Assembly (NCBI RefSeq): GCF_046119375.1
Contig: NW_027362768.1
Location: forward strand, 158,658,001-158,722,000
DNA from: Phyllobates terribilis
Lineage: Eukaryota
Direction of reading: 5' to 3'
Length of the DNA stretch: 64,000 nucleotides
The position numbers and the translations under genes were made by a program. Shown one piece after another: positions 61,796 through 64,000 of the stretch; the stretch's first letter is position 1, and the number at the start of each line of letters is the position of its first letter. A model generated the notes under the pieces. That model worked only from the letters and a program-made list of their open reading frames with translations, made no database searches and was not told where the DNA came from.

Positions 61796-62059
61796 GTAAA
61801 ACTCGCTCTCATGATTCAGATTGCGTCAAGTATCGGGCATACAAGCCGCGCACTAAACTTGCAACACGTTCTAACCTCGGGCTGCACAGCGACGATGGTC
61901 ATATTGCAATGATTGTTCATTTGGATTCCATTGTAGTCTGTTTGCAAGATCTCTGCTGTCACTAAACCAGAGCATTCTTATATTTGTGCAGGTTTTCAGT
62001 TTCTGGCTGTAATATATTTTATTTGTAAGAGAGGGAAAGAATTTCAACTTTGGGATATA

Positions 62060-63432
62060 CAGTGGTGTGAAAAAGTTTGTCCCCTTCCTGATTTCTTATT
62101 CTTTCGCATGTTTTTCGCACTTAAATGTTTCAGATCACAAAACACATCTAAATATTAGACAAAGATAACACAAGTAAACACGAAATGCAGTTTTTTAAAT
62201 AAAGATCTTTATTATTTTAAGGGGGAAAAAAATCCAAACCTACAGGGCCCTGTGTGAAAAAGTGATTTCTCCCCCCTCTTAAAACATAAATTATCTGTGG
62301 TTTATCACATCTTTGGGAAGCTGAGTTCAATTTCCCTAGCCACACACAGGCCTGATCACTGCCACACCTGTTCTCAATCAAGAAATCACTAAAATAGCAT
62401 CTGCCTGATAAAGTGAAGCAGATCAAAAGATCCTCAAAAGCTAGACATCATGCTGAGATCCAGAGAAATTCAGGAACAAATGAGAAACAAAGTAATTGAG
62501 ATCTATCAGCCTGGAAAAGGTTATGAAGCCATTTCTAAAGCTTTGGGACTCCAGCTAACCACAGTGAGAGCCATTATCCACAAATGGTGAAAACATGGAA
62601 CAGTGGTGAACCTTCCCAGGAGTGGTCGACCGACCAAAATTACCCAAGAGCACAGCAACTACTCATCCAAGAGGTCACAAAAGACCCCACAACATCATCC
62701 AAAGAACTGCAGACCTCACTTGCTTCAGTTAAGGTCAATGTTCCAGACTCCACCATAAGAGACAGGGCAAAAATGGCATGATTGGCAGAGGTCCAAGACG
62801 AAAACCACTGCTAATCAAAAAGAACATAAAGGCTCGTCTTAGTTTTTGCTAGAAAACATCTTGATGATTCCCAAGACTTTTGGAGGAATACTCTGTGGAC
62901 TGACTAGACAAAAGTTGAACTTTTCAGGAAAGGAACATCATACCAACAGTAAAATATAGTGGTGGTAGTGTGATGGATTGGGGATGAAGACTTTGGAGTG
63001 GCTTAGTCAAAGTCCTGACCTTAGTCCGATTTGAGATGCTGTGGCATGACCTTAAGACAGATCATGCTCGGAAACCCTCCAATGTGGCTGAATTACAACA
63101 ATTTTCTAAAGATGAGTGGCCAAAATTCCTTCAGAGGGTTGTACAAGACTCATTGGCAGTTATCGCAAATTCTTGATTGCAGTTGTTGCTGCTAAGGGCC
63201 CAACCAGTTATTAGGTTTAGGGGGTAATCACTTTTTCACACAGGGCTCTGTATGTTTGGATTTCTTTTCCCCTTAATAATAAAGAACTTCATTTAAAAAC
63301 TGCATTTTGTGTTTACTTGTGTTATCTTTCTCTAATACTTACATTTATTTTGTGATCTGAAACATTTAAGTGTGACAAACATGCAAAAGAATAAGAAATC
63401 AGGAAGGGGGCAAACACTTTTTCACATCACTG
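62060..63432 (+). mobile_element. Internally deleted, degenerate Tc1 element with long (~200 bp) TIRs
   Basis: TA|CAGTGGTGTGAAAAAGTTTG ... CAAACACTTTTTCACATCACTG|TA; remnants RS.EIQEQMRNKVIEIYQ, LIQEVTKDP and LWTD.TKVELF. Confidence 0.88.
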
Positions 63433-63534
63433 TAAATCAGCGGAGAACTTGAAGATGCAACACTGAGGCCTGAAAGCTTTGAGGATACTGGACTGGTTCA
63501 GAATTTCTATTGTGGCTTTTTTTTTTTTTTGCAG

Positions 63535-63698
63535 ATTTTTGCTATGATTCAACTCCTGTCAGAAGATCAGTCCAGTATGATGACAGGTCAGCAATTAAAC
63601 CCGCCTCACCGTATGCCCCGTTTGCCTACACCCACACCGCGCTGGTGTCCTCTGAAGACATGGTCAATCTGAGCAGTCAGCTGCTGTCACAGGCTAAG
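63535..63698 (+). CDS. CCDC163: CCDC163-like protein, third coding exon (gene continues beyond the window)
   Basis: tttttttgcag|(D)FCYDSTPVRRSVQYDDRSAIKPASPYAPFAYTHTALVSSEDMVNLSSQLLSQAK|gtataa; 164 nt, in frame. Confidence 0.7.
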
Positions 63699-64000
63699 GT
63701 ATAATGTCCTCACCTCACGGGCTGCACCGTTATAAGCGTCACCATCGCACAAGCGGTAACTCGGTGGATTTAGTTTCGGATAGGTCTAATATGGAAAAGT
63801 CACCGTGGCCCTTTAATTGCATCTCTGTAGTCAGATCCCCACAGATCAAACATGAATGCTCTATCTTAAAGGGAACCTGACAGCGGATTCCTGCTGCCTG
63901 GAACACGGGAGCAAAAATTAGTCTTGCTCCATCATTTTAGAAAAAAACATAAGTTTAAGAGCCAGCCAATGACCATGCACGACCCGCTTCCCATGACCAC

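Noticed and set aside
1-64000. CRISPR arrays, tRNA/rRNA genes or prokaryotic operons
   Set aside because: All arrays are head-to-tail with no unique spacers; no cas, tRNA or rRNA signatures were seen; genes are intron-containing vertebrate genes.

Overview
Eukaryotic, repeat-rich vertebrate DNA, most likely an anuran (frog); the taxon is inferred from the minisatellite, MITE and Tc1 content. No prokaryotic features or CRISPR are present. Four spliced genes are supported, in order: the 5' part of TESK2 (- strand; non-coding exon 1 near 17.8 kb, coding exons 8065-8277 and 1750-1871); an unnamed five-exon, ~310-aa type I membrane mucin-like gene (+; ATG 30854, stop 49077) with a CpG-island promoter carrying four perfect CRE sites; a complete four-exon MMACHC (-; 58636 to 54988, 245 aa); and the first three coding exons of a CCDC163-like gene (+; from 59244). 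MMACHC and the CCDC163-like gene share a short bidirectional promoter with three ACTACAnnTCCC (ZNF143/THAP11-type) motifs. The rest is mostly repeats: about a dozen minisatellites (which produce all the very long ORFs in the track), six Tc1/mariner copies (two of a DD38E 'Intruder'-type family, one full-ORF DD34E), Harbinger-, Kolobok- and hAT-type MITEs, a DIRS relic split by a hAT element that itself holds a solo LTR, an L2 fragment, and one type I hammerhead ribozyme motif at 21426-21509.
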